Assembly (NCBI GenBank): GCA_963718235.1
Contig: CAVQYR010000001.1
Coordinates: 2,080,001 to 2,144,000 of the forward strand
Source of the DNA: an uncultured Actinomycetota bacterium
Lineage (GTDB): Bacteria; Actinomycetota; Actinomycetes; JAHEKZ01
Direction: 5' to 3'
DNA length: 64,000 nucleotides
Shown here: positions 44,662-52,881 of the stretch, one piece after another
How positions within the stretch are numbered: position 1 is the first letter of the stretch
Layout of the letters: each line of letters starts with the position of its first letter
Position numbers and translations under genes: made by a program
The notes under the pieces: generated by a model
What the model saw: only the letters and a program-made list of their open reading frames with translations
The model's database searches: none
What the model was told of the DNA's origin: nothing

Positions 44662-45978
44662 TCAGCTGACCTTGGCGGCCCGGAAGCCCGCGTCCAGGTC
44701 GGCCAGGATGTCCTCGATCCCCTCGAGCCCGACTGCTAGCCGCACCAACCCGGGCGTGACCCCGGCGCTCAGCTGTTCCTCCGCGCTGAGCTGGGAGTGC
44801 GTGGTGGATGCGGGATGGATCACCAGCGACCGGACATCGCCGATGTTGGCCACGTGGCTGTGCAGCTCGAGGGCGTTCACGAAGCGCTTGCCGGCCTCGA
44901 CCCCGCCGTCGATCTCGAACGACAGCACAGCCCCTGTTCCGCGTGGTGCGTACTTGCGGCCTAGCTCGAACCAGGGAGACGACTCCAGCCCGGCGTACGA
45001 CACGTTCAGCACCTCCGGTCGCGACTGCAGCCACTCCGCGACCGCCTGGGCGTTCTGCACGTGACGCTCGACCCGCAGGCTGAGCGTCTCGATGCCCTGC
45101 GCGATGAGGAAGGCGTTGAACGGCGCGACCGCGGACCCCAGGTCGCGCAGCAGCTGGATGCGCGCCTTGATGATGAAGGCGATCGGCCCCAACGCCTCGG
45201 CGTAGACGAGCCCGTGGTAGCTGGGGTCGGGGGTGTTGAACTGCGGGAACTTCTTCGGGTCTGCAGCCCAGTCGAACGTCCCGCCGTCGACGATCACCCC
45301 GGCCACCGCCGTCCCGTGCCCGCCGAGGTACTTGGTCGCCGAGTGGACGACGATGTCCGCGCCCCACTTCAGCGGCTGTATGAGGTACGGCGTGGCCACC
45401 GTGTTGTCCACGATCAGCGGGACGCCGTTGTCGTGGGCGACCGCCGCCACGTTCTCGATGTCGAGGATCTCGTTCTTCGGGTTGGCGATGGTCTCGGCGA
45501 AGAACGCCTTGGTGTTGGGTCGGACCGCAGCGCGCCACGACTCGACGTCGTTGGGGTCGCTGACGAACGTGACCTCGATGCCCAGCTTCGGCAGCGTGTA
45601 GTGGAACAGGTTGTAGGTACCGCCGTACAGCGACGGGGACGACACGATGTGGTCGCCGGCCTCGGCCAGGTTCAAGATCGCGAACGTCTCGGCCGCCTGA
45701 CCACTGCTGACCAGCAGTGCCGCGACGCCGCCCTCCAACGCGGCCACCCGCTGCTCCACTACGTCCTGGGTCGGGTTCATGATCCGGGTGTAGATGTTGC
45801 CCGGCTCGGCCAGGCCGAACAGGGCCGCGGCGTGATCGGTGTCGCGGAACACGTACGACGTGGTCTGGTAGATGGGCAGGGCGCGCGCGCCGGTGGTGCC
45901 GTCAGCGGTCTGCCCCGCATGGATCTGCTTGGTCTCGAACGACCAGGCGGCCGCTGCTTCGGGGGTGGGTTCGGACAT
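44662..45978 (-). CDS. metY: O-acetylhomoserine/O-acetylserine sulfhydrylase
   Basis: ALPIYQTTSY, NIYTRIMNPT, HSATKYLGGHG (PLP Lys), ANIGDVRSLVIHPASTTH. Confidence 0.95.
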   Translation of the reverse strand: MSEPTPEAAAAWSFETKQIHAGQTADGTTGARALPIYQTTSYVFRDTDHAAALFGLAEPGNIYTRIMNPTQDVVEQRVAALEGGVAALLVSSGQAAETFAILNLAEAGDHIVSSPSLYGGTYNLFHYTLPKLGIEVTFVSDPNDVESWRAAVRPNTKAFFAETIANPKNEILDIENVAAVAHDNGVPLIVDNTVATPYLIQPLKWGADIVVHSATKYLGGHGTAVAGVIVDGGTFDWAADPKKFPQFNTPDPSYHGLVYAEALGPIAFIIKARIQLLRDLGSAVAPFNAFLIAQGIETLSLRVERHVQNAQAVAEWLQSRPEVLNVSYAGLESSPWFELGRKYAPRGTGAVLSFEIDGGVEAGKRFVNALELHSHVANIGDVRSLVIHPASTTHSQLSAEEQLSAGVTPGLVRLAVGLEGIEDILADLDAGFRAAKVS

Positions 45979-46135
45979 GGTGGTCTCCTACGAATGAGCC
46001 AGACGATGGACGAAAGGTGTCCCGTCGGACGCCGGTCGGGGCCGGTCGTCAGGAGGTGCGATCTACGGACCCGGGGTGCGCGGCCGAGGCCTCAGAGAGG
46101 CCGGCGCGCCTGGACGGGGGTGGAGCCCGGGCCCG

Positions 46136-46219
46136 TCAGGCCATACAGGCGCACATGGCCCCACGACACAGGCCGCCGCGCATCAGGGCGCAGGACGGGC
46201 GGGTCGGGGCGGCGGTCAC
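46136..46219 (-). CDS. putative leaderless Cys/Met-rich leader peptide of metY-metX (MTAAPTRPSCALMRGGLCRGAMCACMA)
   Basis: Manual translation, 27 aa; TATGCT -10-like box 6 nt before GTG; 4 Cys and 3 internal Met. Confidence 0.7.
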   Translation of the reverse strand: MTAAPTRPSCALMRGGLCRGAMCACMA

Positions 46220-46327
46220 CCGTCGAGCATAGGGACATCCCAGCGAAATGCTCAACCCTCGACCGGCCGTGTCCCGAGATGTGAGATGCCTCGCTACCGC
46301 TCGGCACTCCGCCCACGCTTCGCCTCG

Positions 46328-46606
46328 CTACCGCTCGGCGAAGATCCTCAACAGCTCCCCCACTTGGTGGTCGGACTCGTGCGGGTGCCGGAACCTCTTG
46401 CGCTTGTCCAGCAGGTAGTGGTTGCGCCGGCCCACCCGCTCCTTGGTCACGTACCCCTCGGCCTCCAGGTCGCCCACGATCATCTGGGCCGCCCGTTCGG
46501 TGATGCCCACCCGCTCGGCGATGTCCCGCAGCCGTGCATCGGGGTCGTCGGCGAGGGTGAGCAGCACCCGGCCGTGGTTGGTCAGGAAGGTCCACCGGTC
46601 AGCCAC
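46328..46606 (-). CDS. small winged-HTH transcriptional regulator
   Basis: WTFLTNHGRVL, RLRDIAERVGITERA, ERVGRRNHY. Confidence 0.85.
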   Translation of the reverse strand: MADRWTFLTNHGRVLLTLADDPDARLRDIAERVGITERAAQMIVGDLEAEGYVTKERVGRRNHYLLDKRKRFRHPHESDHQVGELLRIFAER

Positions 46607-46674
46607 CGCGCCACCGTACCGCTCACCGGTCCGCCCAACGGGGCGCCGACACCGAAACGTCGACGCCCCGGCGG

Positions 46675-47232
46675 TCAGCAACCAGCGAGCTCCGGCTGCC
46701 ACACGGCGACGATCCGACAGGTCGTGACTCCTGCTGGCGCCCGAACCACGACCTCATCCCCCACCCGGTGACCGAGCAGCGCGCGAGCCGCAGGCGCATC
46801 GGCCGAGATCCGCTCGTCGTCCAACGACGCCTCAGCGGGGTGCACGATGCGGAGCCGCTCGAGGCTGCCGTCGGAGAACCCGACGTCGACCAGCGAGCCC
46901 AGTGCCACCTCGTCTGGTCGCTCCGGCGGGCGGATCGCCACCGCCTCGGACAGCAGCTGCTCGAGAGACGTTGCCTCGGCGAAGGCCCGGTCGTAGTCGT
47001 CGTCGATCCTGCGGTCGTGGTGCGGATCGCCAATCATGGCGCCCAACGGCGCCACCACCTCGGTGCGCAGCCGTTCCAGCCTCCGCTGGAGTCCCACCCT
47101 GCCCTCGGCAGTGAGCTGCACGGTGGGCGCGGGGCTCAAGCGCACCCGGGGTGCGGTGGGGCGTCGCCTCGGGGTCGCAGTCCGGCGTGCCGGCCGGGGC
47201 GCGGGAGGGGTGAGGGTCGCGGATGCGGGCAT
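46675..47232 (-). CDS. GreA/GreB-family protein (atypical coiled-coil tip)
   Basis: LTAEG...LERLR coiled coil; VALGSLV, IS..AP.ARALLGHRVGDEV..AP.G C-terminal domain. Confidence 0.8.
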   Translation of the reverse strand: MPASATLTPPAPRPARRTATPRRRPTAPRVRLSPAPTVQLTAEGRVGLQRRLERLRTEVVAPLGAMIGDPHHDRRIDDDYDRAFAEATSLEQLLSEAVAIRPPERPDEVALGSLVDVGFSDGSLERLRIVHPAEASLDDERISADAPAARALLGHRVGDEVVVRAPAGVTTCRIVAVWQPELAGC

Positions 47233-47233
47233 G

Positions 47234-48208
47234 TCAGTTCTCCTTCGTGGCGTGGATGAGTGGTGCGGGAGAGTCGGGGGCTTCGGCAGACGGACGCCCG
47301 CGGTCGCGGGTCGCCCAGAAGCTCGCGGCGACGGAGGTCGCGATGATCGCGCCGACGACGAGCAGTGAGGTGACGGTGGGGATCTTGTAGACCTCGAGCA
47401 GCAGCATCTTCACGCCGACCCAGACGAGGACGATCGACAAGCCGAGCTTGAGGTAGATGAAGCGGTGGATCAGGTCGGCGAGGAGGAAGTACATGGCACG
47501 CAGACCGAGGATGGCGAACGCGTTCGACGTGAAGACCAGGAACGGCTCCTGGGTCACCGCGAAGATGGCTGGGATCGAGTCGACGGCGAACACGATGTCG
47601 GTGACCTCGACCAGCACGAGCACGGTCAGCAGCGGTGTGGCAACCCATCGACCGGCCCTGCGGATCAGGAATCTCTGCCCGTGATACTCGTCCGTGGTCG
47701 GCACGAGCCTGCGGAACCAGCGGAGCACGATCGACTTCTGGGGGTCGACGTGGTCGTTGCGGTGCAGTGCCATCCGGACTCCGGTGAGCACGAGGAAGGC
47801 GCCGAACACGTAGAGCACCCACGCGAAGCTGGCGATCATCACCGAGCCAGCGGCGATGAAGATGCCGCGGAAGACCAGTGCGCCGAGGACCCCGTAGAAC
47901 AGCACGCGGTGCTGGTACTCCCGCGGTACGGCGAAGTAGCTGAAGATGATGGCGAAGACGAAGACGTTGTCCACGGCCAGCGACTTCTCGATCACGTAGC
48001 CGGCGAAGTACTGGCCAGCGAACTCACCGCCGTACACCGCCCAGATCAAGGTGCCGAAGGTGACACCCAGGGCGACCCAGACGACCGACCACGCGGCCGC
48101 TTCCCGCACTGAGACGACGTGGGTCTTGCGATGGGCGAAGAGGTCTACCGCAAGCATCGCCAGGATGCCGGCGAGAACCGCCAACCAGGCCCACAGAGGG
48201 ACGTTCAT
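47234..48208 (-). CDS. terC: TerC/Alx family metal (Mn) homeostasis membrane protein
   Basis: EKSLAVDNVFVF, QHRVLFYG, DIVFAVDSIPA, SNAFAILGLR. Confidence 0.93.
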   Translation of the reverse strand: MNVPLWAWLAVLAGILAMLAVDLFAHRKTHVVSVREAAAWSVVWVALGVTFGTLIWAVYGGEFAGQYFAGYVIEKSLAVDNVFVFAIIFSYFAVPREYQHRVLFYGVLGALVFRGIFIAAGSVMIASFAWVLYVFGAFLVLTGVRMALHRNDHVDPQKSIVLRWFRRLVPTTDEYHGQRFLIRRAGRWVATPLLTVLVLVEVTDIVFAVDSIPAIFAVTQEPFLVFTSNAFAILGLRAMYFLLADLIHRFIYLKLGLSIVLVWVGVKMLLLEVYKIPTVTSLLVVGAIIATSVAASFWATRDRGRPSAEAPDSPAPLIHATKEN

Positions 48209-48236
48209 CGAGCACCTTCCAAGCGGTCGTGGCTTG

Positions 48237-48318
48237 GAAGGTCTCCCCCGGCCGTTGGCCCGCTGCACCGGGTCGCGAGACCGTAGTGACGATGCAGCGT
48301 GTCGGGGTACTCCCCTTC
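48237..48318 (-). ncRNA. yybP-ykoY manganese riboswitch
   Basis: Minus strand GAAGGGGAGUA...CGUCACUAC...GGGGGAGACCUUC four-way junction; the following CUUCCAAGC/GCUUGGAAG hairpin can occlude the terC RBS. Confidence 0.88.
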
Positions 48319-48330
48319 ACTGATGCGGTT

Positions 48331-48359
48331 AGTCTCCGGAAAACTGATTCCTTTGTCAA
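48331..48359 (-). promoter_or_regulatory. putative sigma70-type promoter for riboswitch-terC
   Basis: TTGACA-17 bp-GAGACT on the minus strand. Confidence 0.45.
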
Positions 48360-49504
48360 GTCCCTCTGAGTCTCCGTTGCAGTCTCTCGCGCTCGGTCAC
48401 ACGGGCTTCGGCCAGCGACTGGACCAGCTGGTCGGGCGACAGTGCGCCCGGGCCCATCGCCAGCGCCAGCAGCTGGGCCAGCGTGTACTGCGGATCCGCT
48501 GCGAGAGCGACGTCGACCGCCACGTTGGCCCGAGCCCCAGCACCTTGCTGGATGCAGGCCACAGCGAGCAGCGTCGCCGCCGGCGCCCGCAGCTCGACCG
48601 GGGCGCACCGGGTGAGTTCGCACCAGTACCGGGCGGCCGCCTCGAGCGTCGCCGACTGCGGTTGGACCACCACGAGGTCTCGCACCCCCACCTCGCGCAG
48701 CGCCACCAGGTGCCGGGCAGCCTGTGCTGCCGGCACCCGACCCCATCGGCTCGACGTGGTGCCCAGACCGCCGTCGTCGGAGCCCTGGCCACCAACCGCG
48801 GCAAAGTCGGCGAGGGCGGTGTCGATGCTCAGCATCTGCGCCGAACGCCAGGCGGCCTCAGTCGAGACCTGCGTGAGCCAGCGCGGAACCTCGGCCGACA
48901 CCGCGCTGACGGCCGACTCGTCGGGGAGAAGGGCATCGACCAGATCGCGTCGGGACGGAAGGGCGACCAAGCCGCGACCGACCGCCTCCGCCGCGATCCA
49001 CGACTCCTCACTGACGAGCCGACCCTCAGTCGGGCAGCAGTCCGGCCGCTGACACAGGTAGGACCACCACCGCCACCCCTCTCGCTCACGTCGGACAGAC
49101 AGTGCGTCCACCAGCGGGAGACCGGCCTCGACCAATCCTCGACCGAGCGCCGCGACCAGACCTCCGCGTACCAGAGGCGGGCCCGACACCGGGTCGTCGT
49201 AGACCAGGGCGATCACACTGCCGGCTCCCCGGTCCAGCGCCTGACGGATGAACCCCCGAAGCACCGTCACGGGGTCGGGCACGAGGTCGGCTCTGGCCGT
49301 CCCGACGACCCGGCCTCGAGGTTGCCGCCCGTAGAGGGCAACCAGCACGATCGAGTCCTCGGGGACGAACCCGACGAGATAGGGCGCCGCCACCACCAGT
49401 GCGTCCGGGCCGCTGAGCCGAAGGACGTCAGCCTGTCGGTCGGCTGGCTGCCGTGGTGCCGTACGGCGGATGGCTCGGCGTCGTGGCCGGGGCTGGGCGG
49501 GCAT
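48356..49504 (-). CDS. DUF4192 family protein
   Basis: LSGPDALVVAAPYLVGFVPEDSIVLV, RADL, WWSYLC..P.CCP.EG, GARANVAVD.AL..DP.Y.LA; start uncertain. Confidence 0.85.
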   Translation of the reverse strand: MPAQPRPRRRAIRRTAPRQPADRQADVLRLSGPDALVVAAPYLVGFVPEDSIVLVALYGRQPRGRVVGTARADLVPDPVTVLRGFIRQALDRGAGSVIALVYDDPVSGPPLVRGGLVAALGRGLVEAGLPLVDALSVRREREGWRWWSYLCQRPDCCPTEGRLVSEESWIAAEAVGRGLVALPSRRDLVDALLPDESAVSAVSAEVPRWLTQVSTEAAWRSAQMLSIDTALADFAAVGGQGSDDGGLGTTSSRWGRVPAAQAARHLVALREVGVRDLVVVQPQSATLEAAARYWCELTRCAPVELRAPAATLLAVACIQQGAGARANVAVDVALAADPQYTLAQLLALAMGPGALSPDQLVQSLAEARVTERERLQRRLRGT

Positions 49505-49696
49505 GTCGGCACCGTCGTCCGTCCGAGCCACCACCGACCGCGGCCCGGCCGGATGTGTGGATGCGTCAGCCCGCCCGCCGGTTGTGGACCTCGGGTGAAC
49601 CGGAACGACAGTGCGACTTCTTAGGGCCTGATGACGTTCGCCCGCCACGGCGCCCGCGGAGTCGAACAGACTGGGGATCGGTGCTTTCATCGTGGG

Positions 49697-50452
49697 ATGA
49701 GCGCCGAACCCCCGGGCCGAACCGACGTCACCGACGGCACCGACGCCACCCACGGAACCCCGGTGGGACGTCGGGTGGTCCTGGGCATGCTCGGGCTCGG
49801 AGCCCTCGGAGTCGTGGTGGGCGCACCCGTCTCCCGGGCGATGGACCGCGTGCTCGGGCCTCTGCAGAACAACGACCCGACCGGCCTGACCAGTCTCGTG
49901 CCCGGTGCCGGCGGGTGGCGCTACTACTCGGTCACCGCCTCGCAGCCATCGGTGACCGCGGAGACGTTCTCACTTCGGCTCTCCGGGCTCGTCGACCGGC
50001 CGATCACGCTGACCTACGCCGACCTGGTCGCCCTGCCCCAGACCCAGCTCACCCGCGACTTCCAGTGCGTGACCGGGTGGCGGGTCGAGGACGTCGCCTG
50101 GCAAGGGGTGCAGGTCCGTGACCTGCTCGAAGTGACGGGCGTCGCCGCGAGAGCCTCGGCGCTGCGCTTCACGTCCTCCGACGGCACGTACACCGAGTCG
50201 CTGACCCTCGACCAGGTTCGGCGCGACGACGTCCTCGTCGCGACACACCTGGACGGCGCAGCGGTGACCCGCGCCCATGGGGGTCCCGTCCGGCTCTACG
50301 TGGCCTCCATGTACGGCTACAAGTCCTTGAAGTGGCTCGATGGCATCGAGGTGACGTCGACCGTCCAGCCCGGCTACTGGGAGGAACGTGGCTACGACGT
50401 CGACGCATACGTAGGGCAGTCCAACGGGCGCAGCGACCCGGCCACCGCATGA
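49697..50452 (+). CDS. molybdopterin-dependent oxidoreductase (MsrP/sulfite oxidase-like)
   Basis: GRRVVL Tat-like N-terminus; DFQCVTGW, HGGPVRL, YGYKSLKWL, GYWEERGY. Confidence 0.9.
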   Translation: MSAEPPGRTDVTDGTDATHGTPVGRRVVLGMLGLGALGVVVGAPVSRAMDRVLGPLQNNDPTGLTSLVPGAGGWRYYSVTASQPSVTAETFSLRLSGLVDRPITLTYADLVALPQTQLTRDFQCVTGWRVEDVAWQGVQVRDLLEVTGVAARASALRFTSSDGTYTESLTLDQVRRDDVLVATHLDGAAVTRAHGGPVRLYVASMYGYKSLKWLDGIEVTSTVQPGYWEERGYDVDAYVGQSNGRSDPATA

Positions 50453-51021
50453 CCAACACGCAGGCGTCGCCCCCGAGGGCCTGGCAGCCCGAGTCCAGGT
50501 TCACCAGGCCGGAGGTCTGGGTGCACGGCGCGTTCGCCGCCCTCGTCCTGATCGCCGTGGTCACTGCCGCGTTCCTGTTCGTCGACGTCCTGGCCCAGCT
50601 CGTCGGGCGCCGCGAGCTGCTGATGCGGGTGCATGTGCTGGCCGGGCTGCTGTGCCCCGTGCCGTTGGCCATCGGGCTCGTCTCTCCGGCGTTTCGTCGC
50701 GACGTCGCCCGGCTCGACCGGTTCGGACCGGTCGATCGGAGATGGCTGCGCTCCCGGGCCCGACGCACGTTGCCCGTGGAACGGTTCAACGCCGGGCAGA
50801 AGCTCAACGCCGCGTTCACCCTCGGCGCGGTGCTCGTGCTCCTCGGTACCGGTGTCGTGATGGGCAGCCTGCTCTGGAGCTGGCCCGACGACCTGCGCAC
50901 GGGGGCGACCTTCGTCCATGACTGGGTGGCCCTGGGCCTCACTGTCGCAGTGGTCGGGCACCTGTACTTCGTGCGCCGCTACGGCCACGGTGACGCCACC
51001 GGTCCTCGTCCCGGACGCTGA
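50449..51021 (+). CDS. cytochrome b subunit partner
   Basis: RF...VWVH, RVHV, FNAGQKLN, FVHDW, GHLY; ATGA overlap. Confidence 0.85.
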   Translation: MTNTQASPPRAWQPESRFTRPEVWVHGAFAALVLIAVVTAAFLFVDVLAQLVGRRELLMRVHVLAGLLCPVPLAIGLVSPAFRRDVARLDRFGPVDRRWLRSRARRTLPVERFNAGQKLNAAFTLGAVLVLLGTGVVMGSLLWSWPDDLRTGATFVHDWVALGLTVAVVGHLYFVRRYGHGDATGPRPGR

Positions 51022-51083
51022 TCCCAACGTGCCCATTCGACCCCGCTGTCACAGGTGATCGAGCGGTTGGGCAGGATTCGGGC

Positions 51084-51740
51084 ATGCGGCTCGACCATCT
51101 CTCCTACGCAGCCCCGGCCGACCACCTGGCCGACGTGGTCCAGCGGATCGGCTCGCGCCTCGGGGCAGGGTTCGTCGACGGAGGCGTGCACCCACGGTTC
51201 GGCACCCGCAACTTCATCCTCCCTCTCGCCGGCGGCACCTACCTGGAGGTCGTCGCCCCCCTGGACCACCCGGCGGCTGACCGGGCACCGTTCGGGCAGG
51301 CGGTGAAGCAGCGGGCCAACGGCGGCGGCGGGTGGCTCGGCTGGGTCGTCTCGGTCGACGACATCGGACTGGTCGAGCGGCGCCTGGGCCGCCCGGCGGT
51401 CGACGGTCACCGTCGCCGTCCGGACGGGTACGAGCTCGTCTGGAAGCAGCTCGGCGTCAACGACCTGATCGACGACCCGCAGCTGCCCTTCTTCATCCAA
51501 TGGATGTGCGACGCCGACCAGCACCCCGGCAGCGGCGGGCCCGAAGACCTGCGGATCGAGCGCCTGGAGATCGCCGGTGACGCCACCACCGTGGCGCAGT
51601 GGCTGGGTCAGCTCAACGGCCACCCGCTGGACGACGTCGAGGTGGCGTGGGTCACGCCGGAGCCCGATGGCGACGACACGGAGCTCGGCCTGGTGGCCGT
51701 GGAGTTCGCCACACCGTCGGGCACCGTTCGCATCGACTGA
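51084..51740 (+). CDS. VOC family (glyoxalase_3-like) protein
   Basis: MRLDHL, GGVHPRFGTRN, YLEVV, LPFFIQW. Confidence 0.88.
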   Translation: MRLDHLSYAAPADHLADVVQRIGSRLGAGFVDGGVHPRFGTRNFILPLAGGTYLEVVAPLDHPAADRAPFGQAVKQRANGGGGWLGWVVSVDDIGLVERRLGRPAVDGHRRRPDGYELVWKQLGVNDLIDDPQLPFFIQWMCDADQHPGSGGPEDLRIERLEIAGDATTVAQWLGQLNGHPLDDVEVAWVTPEPDGDDTELGLVAVEFATPSGTVRID

Positions 51741-51758
51741 CCGGGAGCATCAGACGAC

Positions 51759-51799
51759 GACGAAGCGGTGGCACCCCCAGAGGGTGCCACCGCTTCGTC
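51759..51799. terminator. bidirectional terminator hairpin between convergent genes
   Basis: Perfect 18-bp stem GACGAAGCGGTGGCACCC-CCAGA-GGGTGCCACCGCTTCGTC. Confidence 0.8.
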
Positions 51800-51811
51800 A
51801 GGTCGGTCTGG

Positions 51812-52618
51812 TCAGCGCGAGGCGCTGGCCCGCTCGCACACGTAGACCATGTACGGCGAGGACTCGCCCAGCGAGGACCCGTCGAAGTCCCCGAAACGCT
51901 CGACGACGTTCAGCCGGGCTGCGCGCAGCGCCGACTCCAGCTCCTGCGGGAACGAGTACCGCAGCGCCACGTGCGTCGGTGCGGCGACGGGGGTGCCGTC
52001 GGCCAGGACGCGGTGCGTGACGTGGTGCATGACCTGCGCGACCGGGTGGTAGTGCTGGGTGCCCGACACGTACACGTCGCGACCCTCGAAGTCCACGTAC
52101 GTGAACCACGGGGCGGCCACGTCGAGCCGCGATGCCAGGTCGGCCGCGTGCGGGAATCGCACGGCGAATGCGAACTTCCCACCCGGCTTGAGGTGACGCC
52201 ACACCGAGTTCAGCGTGGCGGCGCGCTCGGCGTCGGCGAGGAAGGCCTGCAGCGCGTTGCCCGAGAGGGTGACCAGGTCGAACTTGCGGCGCAGGTTCAG
52301 CTCGGTCACATCGCCCAGGACGAACGACGGCCGGTCGGCCTCGTCGAAGAGCTCGTCGGCCTTGGCCTGGGCCCGGTTCACCATGGCCTCGGCGCTGTCG
52401 ACGCCGACCACGTCGTGACCGTCTCCGGCCAGCAGCAACGCTACCCGGCCGGTGCCGGTGGCGAGGTCCAGGACGGTTCCCGGCTCGTCGAGCAGCGAGC
52501 GGTAGAAGGGCCCGTCCACATGCGTGGCGCCGTACTCGAGGTCGTAGCGCACGGCGTCGGTGTACTCGGCGACGAAGGTCTCGTCGTCCAACAAGAGGGT
52601 CTGCTCCACAGTCGACAT
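51812..52618 (-). CDS. class I SAM-dependent methyltransferase
   Basis: VLDLATGTGRV, GVDSAEAM, HLKPGGKF; ATG 52618. Confidence 0.88.
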   Translation of the reverse strand: MSTVEQTLLLDDETFVAEYTDAVRYDLEYGATHVDGPFYRSLLDEPGTVLDLATGTGRVALLLAGDGHDVVGVDSAEAMVNRAQAKADELFDEADRPSFVLGDVTELNLRRKFDLVTLSGNALQAFLADAERAATLNSVWRHLKPGGKFAFAVRFPHAADLASRLDVAAPWFTYVDFEGRDVYVSGTQHYHPVAQVMHHVTHRVLADGTPVAAPTHVALRYSFPQELESALRAARLNVVERFGDFDGSSLGESSPYMVYVCERASASR

Positions 52619-52881
52619 TCCTTGGTTCGTGCCCGGCAGCAGGATGGGAGGGGTGCCGGGATTCCCCCACACCCATGCTCGGCGGCGCCGGGGGGCCGCT
52701 TGACCCCCGAACGGGTCCAGGGCGGGTGACCTTGGTCACGTAGGGACCACCGCTCCGGATTCGCATCGGGAACCGCGGGTGCCGGAGCCGCCACGACACC
52801 GGGGTGGGTTGGAATCTGCTCGACAGGACCGCCGAAATCGGGTTGGCTCAGGCCCTCGGGTCGTCACCACAGGAGGGTTCG

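Noticed and set aside
45979-46320. Expected SAM-IV or SAM-I/IV riboswitch upstream of metY
   Set aside because: Core consensus (GGCAACC, GGUGC) not found; the Cys/Met uORF explains the leader better
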